Positions 39,204-51,859 of a stretch of 64,000 nucleotides of DNA are shown piece by piece (position 1 is the first letter of the stretch; each line of letters opens with the position of its first letter). The position numbers and the translations under genes were made by a program. The DNA is taken from NCBI GenBank assembly GCA_050084515.1, contig CM114271.1, positions 4,216,001 to 4,280,000 of the forward strand. Reading direction: 5' to 3'. The stretch is from Blasia pusilla (lineage: Eukaryota). Below the pieces are notes generated by a model. The model saw nothing but the letters and a program-made list of their open reading frames with translations. It searched no databases and had not been told where the DNA came from.

Positions 39204-42200
39204 CTAAGTACATCGAGGACAAACCCACCTTCCTGTAGGAACAACATCCATACGTGGAGTCAAACACATCATGTGCCAACCCCTAGAACACCGATCACAC
39301 ACCAACATACGGGCTGCGTTACCAGCAGACCCACACAACATGCACCTCAAGCTAGCACGTTTCATGGCTAAGCTTGGGTCAACAGTACCATCCACATTTG
39401 GAAGATGAGATGGCGCACAATTACGCACATGGTCCTTCCAAAAAACTCCATCACGATCCTCCAACATTAGAACTCCAGAAGCTAACACCTCGCGCACTCG
39501 TAAAATAGTACGGCCTGCCGTCACATCCAACATTGTCGGTGCAGTCTGCTGCAAATAGACATAGTCCCCCACATGGAACCTATGAATCGATGGTCGATAA
39601 CCTCCACCCCGAATGGTTGCATACCGCAACGTATCCCTCTGTTGAGCAATTGCAAGATTCTCATAGGCTGTTGGCATAACTCTCCGAAAGAGCTCTGCCC
39701 GCTGAGAACACACTCTCATCCACATCTCTGGGTCATCAAGGTTCACCACCTCACTAGACTCCGACAATTGATCTTTGGCAAGTCTGGATCTCGGCCGTAT
39801 AACAGAAAATAAGGTGAGAAGGAAGCCAAGGATGCTTGGCAACTGAACCTATACCCCATGGCTAACCATGGCAACTGAATATCCCAGTCTCCAAGATGCC
39901 CCTTTTGTAGGCCATACTTGCGCAATGCCTTCTTCACCGTCTGAACCACACGCTCAGCCAAACCATCCGCCTCTGGATGATCTCGAGACGTGGTCCGATG
40001 ATCAATCAACGCCTTGTCACACAAGACCTGAAACTCACCCTAAAACTCTGTACCCTGGTCGGTCAACACTTCATCTGGTGCACCAAAATGACTAAGCACT
40101 CTATCAAGAAACGCATACGCCGTTCCCTCACTTGCCTTGTCAGGTAACGCCACCAACTCAATCCACTTGGAGAAGTGCTCCACCATCACCAACACATATC
40201 GATGATGTCGTACAGTCAACGGTAACGGTCCCGCAAAGTCCACACTCCAATGGTAATCCAACCCCATAATAGGCAAGGGGTGTAACTGTGGTGTAGGGGC
40301 ATTGAATGATGCCCTCACCCGGTCACAAACCATACAACGTGACACCAACTGCTGGACCTGAGTATGCATGCCACGCCACCAATACTGACCAAGGAGTAAG
40401 CTATACGTACACTTTAACCCAAAATATCCCAACTCCTCATGGGCATGTCGCACAATCCGCTCTCTCTGAGCCAAATGCGGCACTACTCGTACTCTACCAT
40501 CCTCCCACACACGGAGAATATGTGTTCCCTCCAATCGATACCTCTTAGCACGTTGAAGAACACGGTCTCGCTCCTTGGCACTCACTATGCCTGGCACCCT
40601 ACTGGTCCGTGGGAACTCCAATACCAACGCATCATGATGAATATCACGCTGATCCGTACCACCATCTCCAACCTTAGGATCTGAAGGCTGGCCATCTCCC
40701 CTCTGACTAGAGTAAGATATCATGTGGTTCTCCATACTAGAGTCCACCCCTAACCAACATAAAAAGGTGGATGCATGCCAACCTGGCACCATCTCCTCAT
40801 CAACCTCGCCATGCCATCTAGCCCCAGTTGTATCCTCTTGGCTAGTACATGGGTTCCTACTCAACCCATCAAAGATCAAGGTTGGCAACTCCGTTCTATG
40901 TACCACCCGGAAGTCATACTCCTGTAAGATAAGAGCCCACCGTGCAAGCTTCCCTGTAAGCTTGTCAGACTCCATCAATCACTTGAGTGGCTGATGATCA
41001 GTAACAAGGGTAAACTGTGTGCCAAACAAGTAACACCTAAAGTGTGCCACAACCCACACTACAGCCAAGCACTCTCCCTCATATGAACTATAACGCGACT
41101 CTGCTGCATTATTCGAACGACTTGCATATGCCACCACAAACTCCATGTGCTCATCATCATGTTGTGTCAACACCGCTCCAAGTCCCAACCTACTCCAATC
41201 AGTGTGTAACTGAAATGGGCGCCCTCTAATAGGTCTCCTCAAGATAGGCGCCGCCACCAACTGGGCCTTAAGCTCCACAAAAGCTCTCTCCTGATCATCT
41301 CCCCATTGCCACTCTTGATCTGATTTCAGCAATTGGTTCAAAGGCTTTGCCATAGCACTAAATCCCTTCACATACCTCCGATAGTAGTTCGCCAATCCCA
41401 TGAATGCTCGAACTCTACTCACATCTACCGGACGTAGAATAAGTGCAATAGCCTCCACCTTTGCTTGCTGAACTCCCAAACCACCTGGATAGATCACATG
41501 ACCCAAGTACTCAACATCCTCATGGAAGAACTTACACTTTCCTGGATGCAAACGTAGACCATGAGCTTTCAACCGCTCAAACATCATCTGCAAATGTATC
41601 TGATGCTCCTCCATCGTGTTACTGAACACCAAGATATCATCAATGTAACATCGAACAAAATCCAACCCTGCTAGGATCCTGTCCATCACTCTCTGAAACT
41701 CAGCAGGTGCATTCTTCAACCCAAAGGGTAAGAATTTCCATTGGTACAAACAATCCTTGCCATGAGAGTTGACACCCCAAAATGCTGTCTTGGCCTTGTC
41801 ACTCTCCCGAATCGGAAATTGATGGTATCCTGCCCGAAGATCCAAAGTACTAAAAATCTTTGCCTGTCCCACCACATCAAAGATCTCCTCAGGTGTAGGC
41901 ATGGCATACCTATCGACCTTGGTTTGCCGATTGATAGGACGGTAATCTCCACACATCCGCCTATCCGTGTAGTTGCCATGCATATCCTTTTTAGCAGGCA
42001 TGACAGTGGCTGATGCATACTCTCCATGCGACAAATCCACTAATCTAGCCTCCAAAAGGTCCAACGTCCTACTCTGAATCAGGTCCCTCTCCCTATCACT
42101 ATATCGGTAGGGACGACGGAAGATTGGCGTATCACTAGCCAAATCAATCCGTATACCGGGTCCAACCAGAGAACCCAACTCCTTCATGCTAAAGGCAAAA

Positions 42201-45200
42201 CAACTCCTATAAGCATGTAGGAACTGTGTCAAGCGTCGTTTCTCACCTCCCGTAAGCTTGGGCCCAAGTAATGGCTCCCAAGTCTCCTCCACTGACACAC
42301 TAGAGGGAGAGGACGATGCCATTAGCTGCTACGCAACCCCCTCACAAGATGGTACACCCTTAGCTACACCATCATCTGAGCAAATAACTCCTCCACCAGC
42401 ATGAGCAACCAACTCCACATGCCCAGCCATTACATCCCATTTACTCCAAGGATGCAAAATACTACTCTCCTCGCCCCCAGCCGATGCCTCTACCGTCCCG
42501 GTAGCCATCGAGCTCATTACAAGGGGTGGAAGATCCACATACATAGTCTGAAGTCAACGCTGCTCGGCCATACCAAGACTCAAAATCCAAGTCAAACAAT
42601 TCAGGTCCATGGCCTGACCCAACACATAACGTCGTGAAGCCTCAGAAATGGAAGCAACCGTTGTCACACCAGTAGCAAATCCCATCGCACGCTCTCTCTT
42701 ATAAGCATTAGGCTCCACCAACTGTCGCACATGAGAATCCCATACAAGCCCAGGACCACCTTCCCTATATGCATGTGACGAGGGAAAACTCACAAATGTG
42801 GGTAGTGCCATCCTAGGCTGGCCCACACGGTTCACCACTGCCATGGGTGACCGATCAATAACCCTCACCACCTGAGAAAGTCGCCCAGTATCCAAGATAC
42901 TATCCACTGTAAGGGAAGGTATCGCTGCACTGCATTATATGCTCGACGTAGAACCTCCCTAGGCAACAAGTTTGTCCACCACAAGCATGGACGATGTGCA
43001 CGCGAGCCAACTCGCGCTGCATCTAACAACACCGCTGGTCCAATCCAAGACCGCATCTCATGAACACTCGCCATCATCCGGGTCCGAGTGTCACCCAACA
43101 ATGGAACATTCTCCAGAATGTAAGCTAAAGCACGTGCCTGATGAACCTGAAGATGTCGTAACACCCGTAACATCTCCCAAAACAATCGAGACCTAGGGTC
43201 GTGTAATCCCTCACCACGACCAGCACGTGTATGACACTGACATGGCCATCCCGCAATCACCAAATCCACAGGACCAACCCTCTCAAGGTCCTGCGCCCCC
43301 AACAATGCAATGTGTGACGGCAAAGCACGCTGGTACCCACGAATAGCTGATGGCGGCAACAACTCAGGATATCTCCGCATCAACTGACCAATATTTCGGG
43401 ATGAGACTCTCTGGGCCGTCTCATCTCGCTCCACATACACGTATCTCCGCACAGGAATACCGACTTACAACACTGCAACCAAACCAGTGCTAATCCCACC
43501 CAAGAGATCTAACACACAAATGCCCTCCACCGGATACTGCCATACAATGGGTGTAGTATCCAAAGGGATAATCCAACTGGACCAGAAGTAGGAGTCCGCC
43601 GTGGGGCCTCCTCTTCCTCGTGAGGTATAACAGCCTCACACCAAGCCTCTTGCACTAGGCGATCAGCCTCCTGCCGTAGTGCACCGCCTGAACTCCAAAG
43701 TGGCACATCCAACGATGAGGATGCCACTGCTGCAAAAATAGTGACCTCCTCTACCTCCTCATGCGCAGGAGAATCCATAGCATAAACATTACCCTCCAAA
43801 AAGTCTCCTGGCCAAGTGACTACTCCACTAAAACCAACCACAGATGCTAACACTGTTGGGGAAGACCCTCTTGGTCAAGCCCCATAAATAAATCTCACAG
43901 GAACTTGGCTCATACGTCCATCCCCGCACTGCCAACCAAGTCTATAAGACGTTGTCTCGGTCCAGTAATCCATCCAAAAACCCATCGGGTACAATATTAC
44001 TCCTCCAACTAGTACATCATACGACTCGGCTGATGTGACTACCGCAGATACTCCCAACCGGGAGCTATCAGTCGCATGATCTGGTCTCAACTATACAGAA
44101 AACTTCTCTCGTGTCATGAATTGAGACCTATCGTTGGCTCCTCCAAGTGATGTTTGAATCTGGAATGGGCAAGGCTCAAGCTCTGACCTCCGAATACCCA
44201 AACCAATACATGCCGCCTTTCCCAACATCAAAGGTTGGGCACCAGAGTCTAACAAGACTCTATCTGGTCTATACACATATCCTGTAGGACTCACCAATCA
44301 GAATATCCCACTCCGGTTGTCCAACATACATACACCAGGTGTAAGCCTCTCACGATCAATGGCTGGCCGGGCGGGTAATGCATCCATCTTCGCCGTTGCT
44401 GCCTGCCAAGTAGCATTGGTACTCAATGCTACACTTGACATAGAGGGTCTCTCCACCGCAAAACCCTCATCCACCTCAACACGTGTAGCAGTAACACCCC
44501 CACGTTCACACAACGTGGCTGCTAGCTGAAATACAGGAGCTAAGTCAACTCCTAAAGCCATCAACTCCGTGGCCGAAAAAAATGGGGATCCCAACACTGA
44601 AGTTTCCATCCGCAATACTGCACTAGATGCTGCATCCGTGTCTACTACACGCGATGTAGATGCCTCAGTCCCCACTGTCGGCTCAATAGGTTGCGTAGGA
44701 ACCATGGATGGAGTCCTAAGCACCTCAGACAATAAGAATGACTGGGGAAGCCTAGCCTGCCTCCCAGCCTCACCCCTTTGTGGGTCCAACTCCACAGTAG
44801 CACCACGTGGCTGTGATGCTCGAGTGGATCCTCTCGTAACTGCAGCTGATGCCTCAACCTGTGCTGCACTTGCCATATAAGAGAAATCATCCCCTCCATA
44901 AGAGGTGGAAGCCCCTGCTCCCGAACCTGATCTATGTTGGATCCCAGCCATAGTAGCCAACTCGCTCCAATCTGCTCAATCTGGCGACCATAGATGACTC
45001 TGTCGTAGTGGTAGGGGTAGCCACCGTAGGCTCTCCAACCACTGGTCCACCTCTACCACCCCTACCACCTCTACCACCTCGGCCTCTCGGAGCTACTCCA
45101 CCACGGCCGCGGCCTGATCTCAACTCTGGATGAAGATCAAAGCAACGCTCTCGAGGATGACCTGGTCTCCCGCAATGATCACACTGAGTTGGGGCCGACT

Positions 45201-46400
45201 GAGGCCCATCCTCCAAAGTCCGTCTCCCATCCTCTTGGGACAAAACTTCCTAACATGATCACCTCCACATGTCTAACATGACTGTCCTTGCTGCGGGGCA
45301 GCAAATGAAGGAAATGGTCTCTGCGCAAGTGTCCCTCTAGGACCTGACTGAGGTCGTGTGTACCCCCCACGACTCCCACTACTACTACCACCACCACTAC
45401 TACGAGACTATGAGGTGGGCTGCTGAACACGAGAAGTAGTAGTTGTATCCCTACTGAATGCGGATGTCACCACTCTCTCCTTCACCATGTTAAGCTCAAT
45501 CTTCTCAGATAGAGCAAACACATGGGTCAATGTGGGTGAATCATCACTCATAAGAGTAGCATCACGTACCCTGCGGCGCAACTCTCTGTCCAAGATCCCA
45601 TACCAAAACAAGACTGCCTGAGCCTCAGTCACACCCTCGGTAACTAAAATCAAGCGTCGCATATGAGTGTATGCCTCACGAAGACTCTCACTAGTCTTTC
45701 GCTCAAATTCTTGAAGACTCCTCAACTTCTCTGTCTTCACTCCCTGATAGTTCTTCTTCAACCTCTTGAAGAACTCTGCAACCGGGCTAAACGACGGTGG
45801 GGCACTAGTACCTCCACTAGTACCTCCATGGGTACCTCCACTGGTACTCCCAATCCGGCTCGTACTCGTACTACCCAACGTCAGGCTAGCTGGCATAGTA
45901 GGAGCACTACTACCAATACCACCATGGGTGATAGACACATAGCCTGGAGACCAATATTGTCTCCACGCCTAAATCTCAGCAACATGGTCCTTCCTAAACT
46001 CATGGTAATCATCCATGGGTGGTCCCTCCAAGTGCTGAAACAACCCCTTCCAAGCCAAGAAGGATGTAAACAACGTGGCGTTCCGCAACATCTGCATATC
46101 ACACCGCGTATCAAACTCCTGCATGAAGTCCTCCAACTCAATGGTGCCCATTGCACCCGAGTATTGTCGTGGGCCCTTCATGGCCCCATATATCTCATCC
46201 ATGTCCCAAATCAATGGAGCTGCAACACTCGATAACAACGTAGAAGACTCGGTGTTTGGAACACCCTCGTCCTCCTCTTCATCAACGGTCGGAAGTGGAA
46301 AAGGTAGCCGATACCTAAATCCACTCCGTGTGAAACCACCACTGTCCGCACCACGGTCCCCAACCAGACCACCCGACAGCTCCGTGATGACCAATGCCAA
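39204..46400 (-). pseudogene. Element 2 gag-pol polyprotein: gag (CCHC knuckle, RGG tract), PR, DNMT, RT, RH, IN, PHD
   Basis: CDHCGRPGHPRERC; VLLDSGAQPL; RT YIDD intact; RH LHTDWS..SYEGECLA..TDHQPL; IN WSVDFAGP/LTDQGTEF/GLAERV; PHD C4HC3. Adjacent ORF pieces are mostly in one frame, separated by point stops and a few frameshifts. Confidence 0.93.
42560..43560 (-). pseudogene. DNMT3-like C5 cytosine methyltransferase domain of element 2
   Basis: ICVLDLLGGISTGL..YVERD..PVDLVIAGWPCQ..SRLFWEMLRVL..YILENV..LLDAARVGSRAHRP..WWTNL..RERAMGF..VLGQAMDL, with one stop and a frameshift. Confidence 0.92.
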
Positions 46401-47915
46401 TGCCGCACCACCACCAAATTACCACCACTAAGTAACCAAGTGACGTCGATGTCGCTATACTATTCTAGCTCTACTAGCTATGGGTGTAGGCAACCTAACC
46501 TCTCATCACCACATGAAGCCTCCCACGGTCTACTGGTCATCACTCCAGCCTCACTACCGGTAGCACATAGGAGTAACACTACTCTGGAAATCAGCGTCAA
46601 CCCTAACAATGGGCGTGCAAGCAAGAAGCAACGATGGAGGGGATCCAAACACAGGAAGTCCAACGACAACCCTCCAATTGCAAATGGAAATCAAGATAAC
46701 ACAATCCACAAACGTGGCGCCCCCTGAACCCACAAAACCCACCACACAATTCTAACGCAATAGTTACTCCGCCGCGGGTCGATGACGTGCTAGTCGAACT
46801 CGCAGCACCTGAAAATATCACTTGCATGGAGAGGCTACACCGTACTATACGCTAGAGGTACATCAACCAAAAACCTGAGATGCATAAAGCGCCTAACATA
46901 TCTTCGAACAGCACCAAATGAGCTACAATAGTGTGTACACTGGCATAGTTAAGAACTCAGCAGCTAAGCGTCCTCTAGGCACAATAGCCCAAAGATGGAT
47001 GACCAGTTATGCAACACTCAAATCATAAATCCTGCAAAAATTGCCTAACGCCCAAGCAAGCAAGCTTGCTTGCTTGCTCCTTGCTCCTTACTCCGCCTCT
47101 CACGCCCACTCGCCCCGACCTACCACGAGTTGCATCGAAGCCTCAAAACGCCGAGAAATGCTCGAGACATGCCCCTATCGCCACGCTTGCCATGCTTCGC
47201 TATGGAGATAGGCCCAACCAGGGCGCCCCCAATGGGATAGGCGTCTCCAAAAATGAACGAGTCACCAACCAACCAGCCCCTCCGATCCGCTGTCCACCAT
47301 AGCTAGACCTTGAGCTAGTCCGCAAAATTTTGATCAGCAATTACTTCACAAATCCTTGACCAAAATTGAATCTATTTTGACCAAAATTCAATTGGCCACC
47401 ATAGCTATCTCTCCACAAAAAATCAGCTACAACGGAGCTCTGTACTCCGAGCTAAAAATCAGACAAACTTGCTGTCCATACACCTCCAGAATCGCAAATT
47501 CGACAGCGCTTCAGCCCAGTTTCATGCACGCAGAAATCCGCAACGCTCCACACACTCGATCAAATAGCTTCACATGAGATCACAATACAAGTAGCAACAA
47601 GAACCTCTCACCCGATCTGGATGAACTTCAACAGAGCTTCCGCACTCCACGCTCTCCTCATCAGAAAACCGTCCAACACGAACCAGAATCTTCAATCCTT
47701 GATAACTTCCAACTCCCTTGACGAAATCCAGCGATCTAAAGCACGTTGTAAAGCTCTCAGCAAGGCGCTTCTTTCCCAACCAACCAGGCACCAGATTCAC
47801 ACCTCCAACATAGGCCACAAGCCACGAACATTCACGGCCGAGTACACAATCAACCCTAACCAGATCCTACTGATCCACTATCGAAGCTACCATCGATCTA
47901 TTCTAGTTCTTTGAG

Positions 47916-48283
47916 TGAAATTCGTGAAAGACCTACTGTCATAAACCACGTATAGAATCACATACAATCAAGCCAAACCCACTCCACGATGGGAGAATCT
48001 AGGTCGAAGCTTGCGGGAAACACCATAGCCAAGAGCTCTACTCACTACCAAGGCTAACTCCCAACACAACAGGCTCAACTCAAAGAACTGACTGTTCTTT
48101 GAGTGCACTCCACCTTATATCCTCCTACCTAAGAGCGGGCCCTATTGGAGAAGTCACCCTCAACTGAATAACCCCCAACCCTATGTATGAAATCGCATCT
48201 CTACCTAGACACTGCGGCCCTACATAAGGTATGGCCTCTACTAGCACACTATACTCTACGACATAATCCGTATGGTCATGACA
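47916..48283 (-). repeat. Element 2 repeat B1 (5' terminal, promoter-bearing)
   Basis: Copy of 38556-38923; minus-strand ATATAA at 48120-48115 and Inr TCAGTT with +1 at ~48089. Confidence 0.93.
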
Positions 48284-49083
48284 TCTCTAAAAACCATTGT
48301 ATGTTCCTTTGGGTGCGTCGCCTTACGATCATCTCTTATCACTTCTTATAACTTTATTGGCTTCTTCTATTCATTCAACTAATTAAATAACATAATCACT
48401 TCTCGAGCTTGATTCCTTATTCTTATCATATTGTATCTATGATCTAACCCTTAAGAAACATAAAGTAAACAAAATACTGGCATGACATTATGTAATTAGA
48501 TTGATGTCTACTACCATCCCTCCCAAGGTATTTAGGATGCCCAAACATACCATAAACCTTGCAAACTCAATCGATTTTCTTTCCTTAAGATATAACATTA
48601 TACCACATGATTCCTTTTTTTTAAAAAGAAAATCTCGATTGTCTTAGAAAATTCTTTCCTAACTTAAATATTGCTTTCTCCCTTCCAACTCGCATCCCCT
48701 CTCATCAATTAATAATATAGATTGAGAAACAAGAGAGAAACAAGAGTAGGAAGATTAAACCTCCTAAGAGCAACATTCCTTGCTGTTAGAACACAACTCC
48801 AAAACTTATTTCTTAGGTATCTTACAGAGTAAAGCGAACAAAATAATAATTAAAAGTGAAATTATGGACATTATTCTACCAATCAATGTGAAATTCATGA
48901 TTTTGAATAGGAATGAAAGACCTCTCCTATCCTTCACGACAATGTATAAATTGCACTAAAGAAATCTAAGTTCCATTAATGTGTGGAGTATTTTATTTTT
49001 GCACAATGGAGGAAAAGATATTGTATTAAAACAGAATGGCTATCAATTGATAATATTAATAAGAAAAAAAAGCAGAGTGGATA

Positions 49084-49249
49084 CTAGTAAGGACTCATGT
49101 CATGCACGGATCCCTATTTATCAATAATTTGCATTAATATGCCACTCTCCTTATCTATATGACCCCAAAAGTATTTTTTGAGGGAATAGTGCTACGTGTC
49201 AAATAGAGGAGCAACTAGAAAAAATTTCCTCCTCCAATCAATATGTAGA
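49084..49249 (-). mobile_element. Degenerate non-autonomous Helitron
   Basis: The minus strand has a degenerate GTGCATGACATG hairpin then CTAG+T; 5' end approximate. Confidence 0.4.
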
Positions 49250-51541
49250 TGGATGTGGAGTATGTAATACTTCATATCACAAAACAAATTTTATTTGTCT
49301 TGAGATGGAAGAGATATGCATAATGGTAATACTACTAATAATAATATTAAAAAATCTATGCTAGCGAGCTTATCAATGCATGGTGCTTGTTTGTAGTACT
49401 CATGTGGAGCTTGAAGAATGAGGACGTGAAGGGAAATAAGTTAGGAAAACGTCGATTCGAGATCCATATGCGAAAAAAGGAAAAGAAAAGAAAAGAAACA
49501 GTGGTGAAGAAAATGTGATATGGAAACTTCAAATTATAATTCACATATTTTATAAAGTAAATTCTCCACATCCCCAATCCAGAATGTAATATAAATAGAA
49601 ATAAAATAATTATTTCTGAATTATTGAAAATATCCGGGCAGCAATTACCCTCACCATTTCCTTGGATTTTCCTCTGCATAGTCATCGAGTTAAACAAACG
49701 ACAGTCTTCATCCCTCTGGAGTCCATAAGCAAGTCAAAGTTCACTTCATAAAACTCACTTTACTCTGAAGTAAGATGTTCTTACTCAGACTTCCGCTCCT
49801 TTCCCAACCACATACAACCGATGAGGAAATTCTCATACTGGATGTGGCACAATCAATCGTGATTTCACTACAATCCATGACTCATGACTAACGGACACTC
49901 TCCGGATGGACGGTGGGGTTTGTGACAAGACATACATTTCTGTCTAACTAATCAAAGGTAAGTGTAATGAGAATGTGTTTATCCACACAATAGTCATGGT
50001 TGCCACTCAAATGTTGTTTATAAATAATTTTTAGTTTATTCCAATATTCTATTATTAGATTTTGTAACAAAATGCTAACCCAACTTACGCGCTCCTCCCC
50101 CCCACCTTTCTTTTTGAGTACTATTATTTTCAGATGTCATTAAATAAATCTATATCTATTATTATTATTTTTCTTTCCAATCCCTTTATCATCTATCACT
50201 TACCGTGCATGGCTCTCATGGATCCAACACATCTATGTGCCCTTTTTCTTTCCATCCAACATCTATAACGAGGAAAGAAAATTTATAAGAATTTTTTTTC
50301 ACGAGATATTCATATTTTCTAACGTGGACTTCCATGATAAAAAGACATTTAAAATGAATATTATATTTATGCAAGAAATTTTATATAGATTTCTCAAATT
50401 TTGTATACCTTCCTCCTTCTTCAACTCTATAAATCTATTTTTTTATATTTAGATTATGGCAAGAGATAATAATCATTGGAAAATTATTTAGAGAATAAAT
50501 CAAAAAAGAATTTTCATGTATCCCTTGATAATTTACTTAAATAGGAAAATACAAGCAATGCAAGAGAATTTCATGATATTTTATTTAGTAATTTCCTTTA
50601 ATTCTATTTTCCTCTTAGAACCCACATTTTAATTAATTAATTCATGAACATTTTATCGCAAATTGATATACAGACTAAGGAGTTCAACGATATAGTTTGA
50701 TTCACTTTGACCAAGTAATTTTGCTTTAATGAAATTAGAGTCATAGATATCCTCTAACAAAATCACACAGTCATAAAATATTTTACAGGAAATATAGGGG
50801 GATGATGATAGTTATTATTCGTAATAATAATAATAATAATAATAATACTAATAATTATTATTACTATTATGCATATTAAATCAAAGACTGTTTAGATTCA
50901 AATTTTTGTTCGACCCACATCAAAATTCAATTTATGAGGTTGGCATGTTTGAAAAAGTTATCCACTAATAATAAGTAAATTTAACACTTTCTTAAATTCA
51001 TTTTCATATATTCAAAAATCAATTCATTGAAGTTTTTGAGGCCTCTCAACTCTTTCTTTGGTCGTCGTAGCTAGATTTTTGTTATCTGTTTATTATTTCA
51101 AATTTTTGCTTCATCATTTTTTATATCTCAATACCACACCCATTGCATTTCTCTTTGATTTACTTTGATCATAGAAGTAAAAAGAAAAATGAATTTCAAT
51201 GGTGAATATATATTTTTAATTTTATGGCAAAAATAATAAAGGTACGTTAGTCCAAATTAAAAATACTCTAGAATAATTAGAATCTATAGTATCACTGAAG
51301 GAAGGGATTACTTATATAAAAAAAACATATTTGAAAAATTTAAGTGAAAGTACACAACTTCCACTTTATAATAAAAATAACCTTAATGGTGGATAAGGAA
51401 GATGAAAACCAACCCAAGCTAGGAAGGATGCAAAATAATAATGACAGGTGAAATGAAAAGAGAAAAAGAGAAGACCAAGAAACAACCCAACAAGCTCGGA
51501 TTTCTTGAAAGAAATCCGATACAAACACTACTTATTGATCA

Positions 51542-51859
51542 CATGATTGCAAAAAATTGGAAAAGTCCATTCTTACGATGGACATGCACGGAAAAGTCAA
51601 GACATGTCCATGGACATGCACTGCAAGAGGTGGGGCCCACACTTATAGTTTATAATGGAAGGCAGGGGAAATTGGGCAATAAGGCGGGAGGGAGTGGAGA
51701 TGGAGGGAAGAAGAAACAAGAAAGTATGAATAATGAAGGCAAGTAGGGAGAATGAGAAAGAAGGGGAAAGTAGGATCCACATGGACAAGTACCTTCATAG
51801 GATTGATGTAAGTCCATGGACATATCCTCGGACACGAAATTTGTCCACATGCAACCTTG
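51542..51859. mobile_element. hAT-type MITE
   Basis: CATGATTGCA ... TGCAACCTTG; TSD ATTGATCA/GTTGATCA (1 mismatch); body similar to 58329-58644. Confidence 0.8.

Larger units (their letters stand above)
38450..48283 (-). mobile_element. Element 2: Ty3/gypsy-type retrotransposon with DNMT and PHD domains and split direct repeats (decayed, younger)
   Basis: Minus strand TGTCA...CGACA; 4-bp TSD TCTC (38446-38449 and 48284-48287). B1 47916-48283, A1 38926-39032, B2 38556-38923, A2 38450-38556. By eye, B copies differ at about 11 of 368 positions and A copies at 1 of 107. Confidence 0.95.

Noticed and set aside
45663-46235. Long antisense ORFs over gag-pol (also 25528-26124)
   Set aside because: They are shadow frames of the polyprotein and are not shared between the two elements.
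38450-48283. DIRS/Ngaro tyrosine-recombinase element
   Set aside because: It has a DDE integrase, aspartic protease, PPT, TG..CA ends and a TSD, and I found no tyrosine-recombinase motifs. Its MTase is C5-type, not the DIRS adenine-MTase-like domain.
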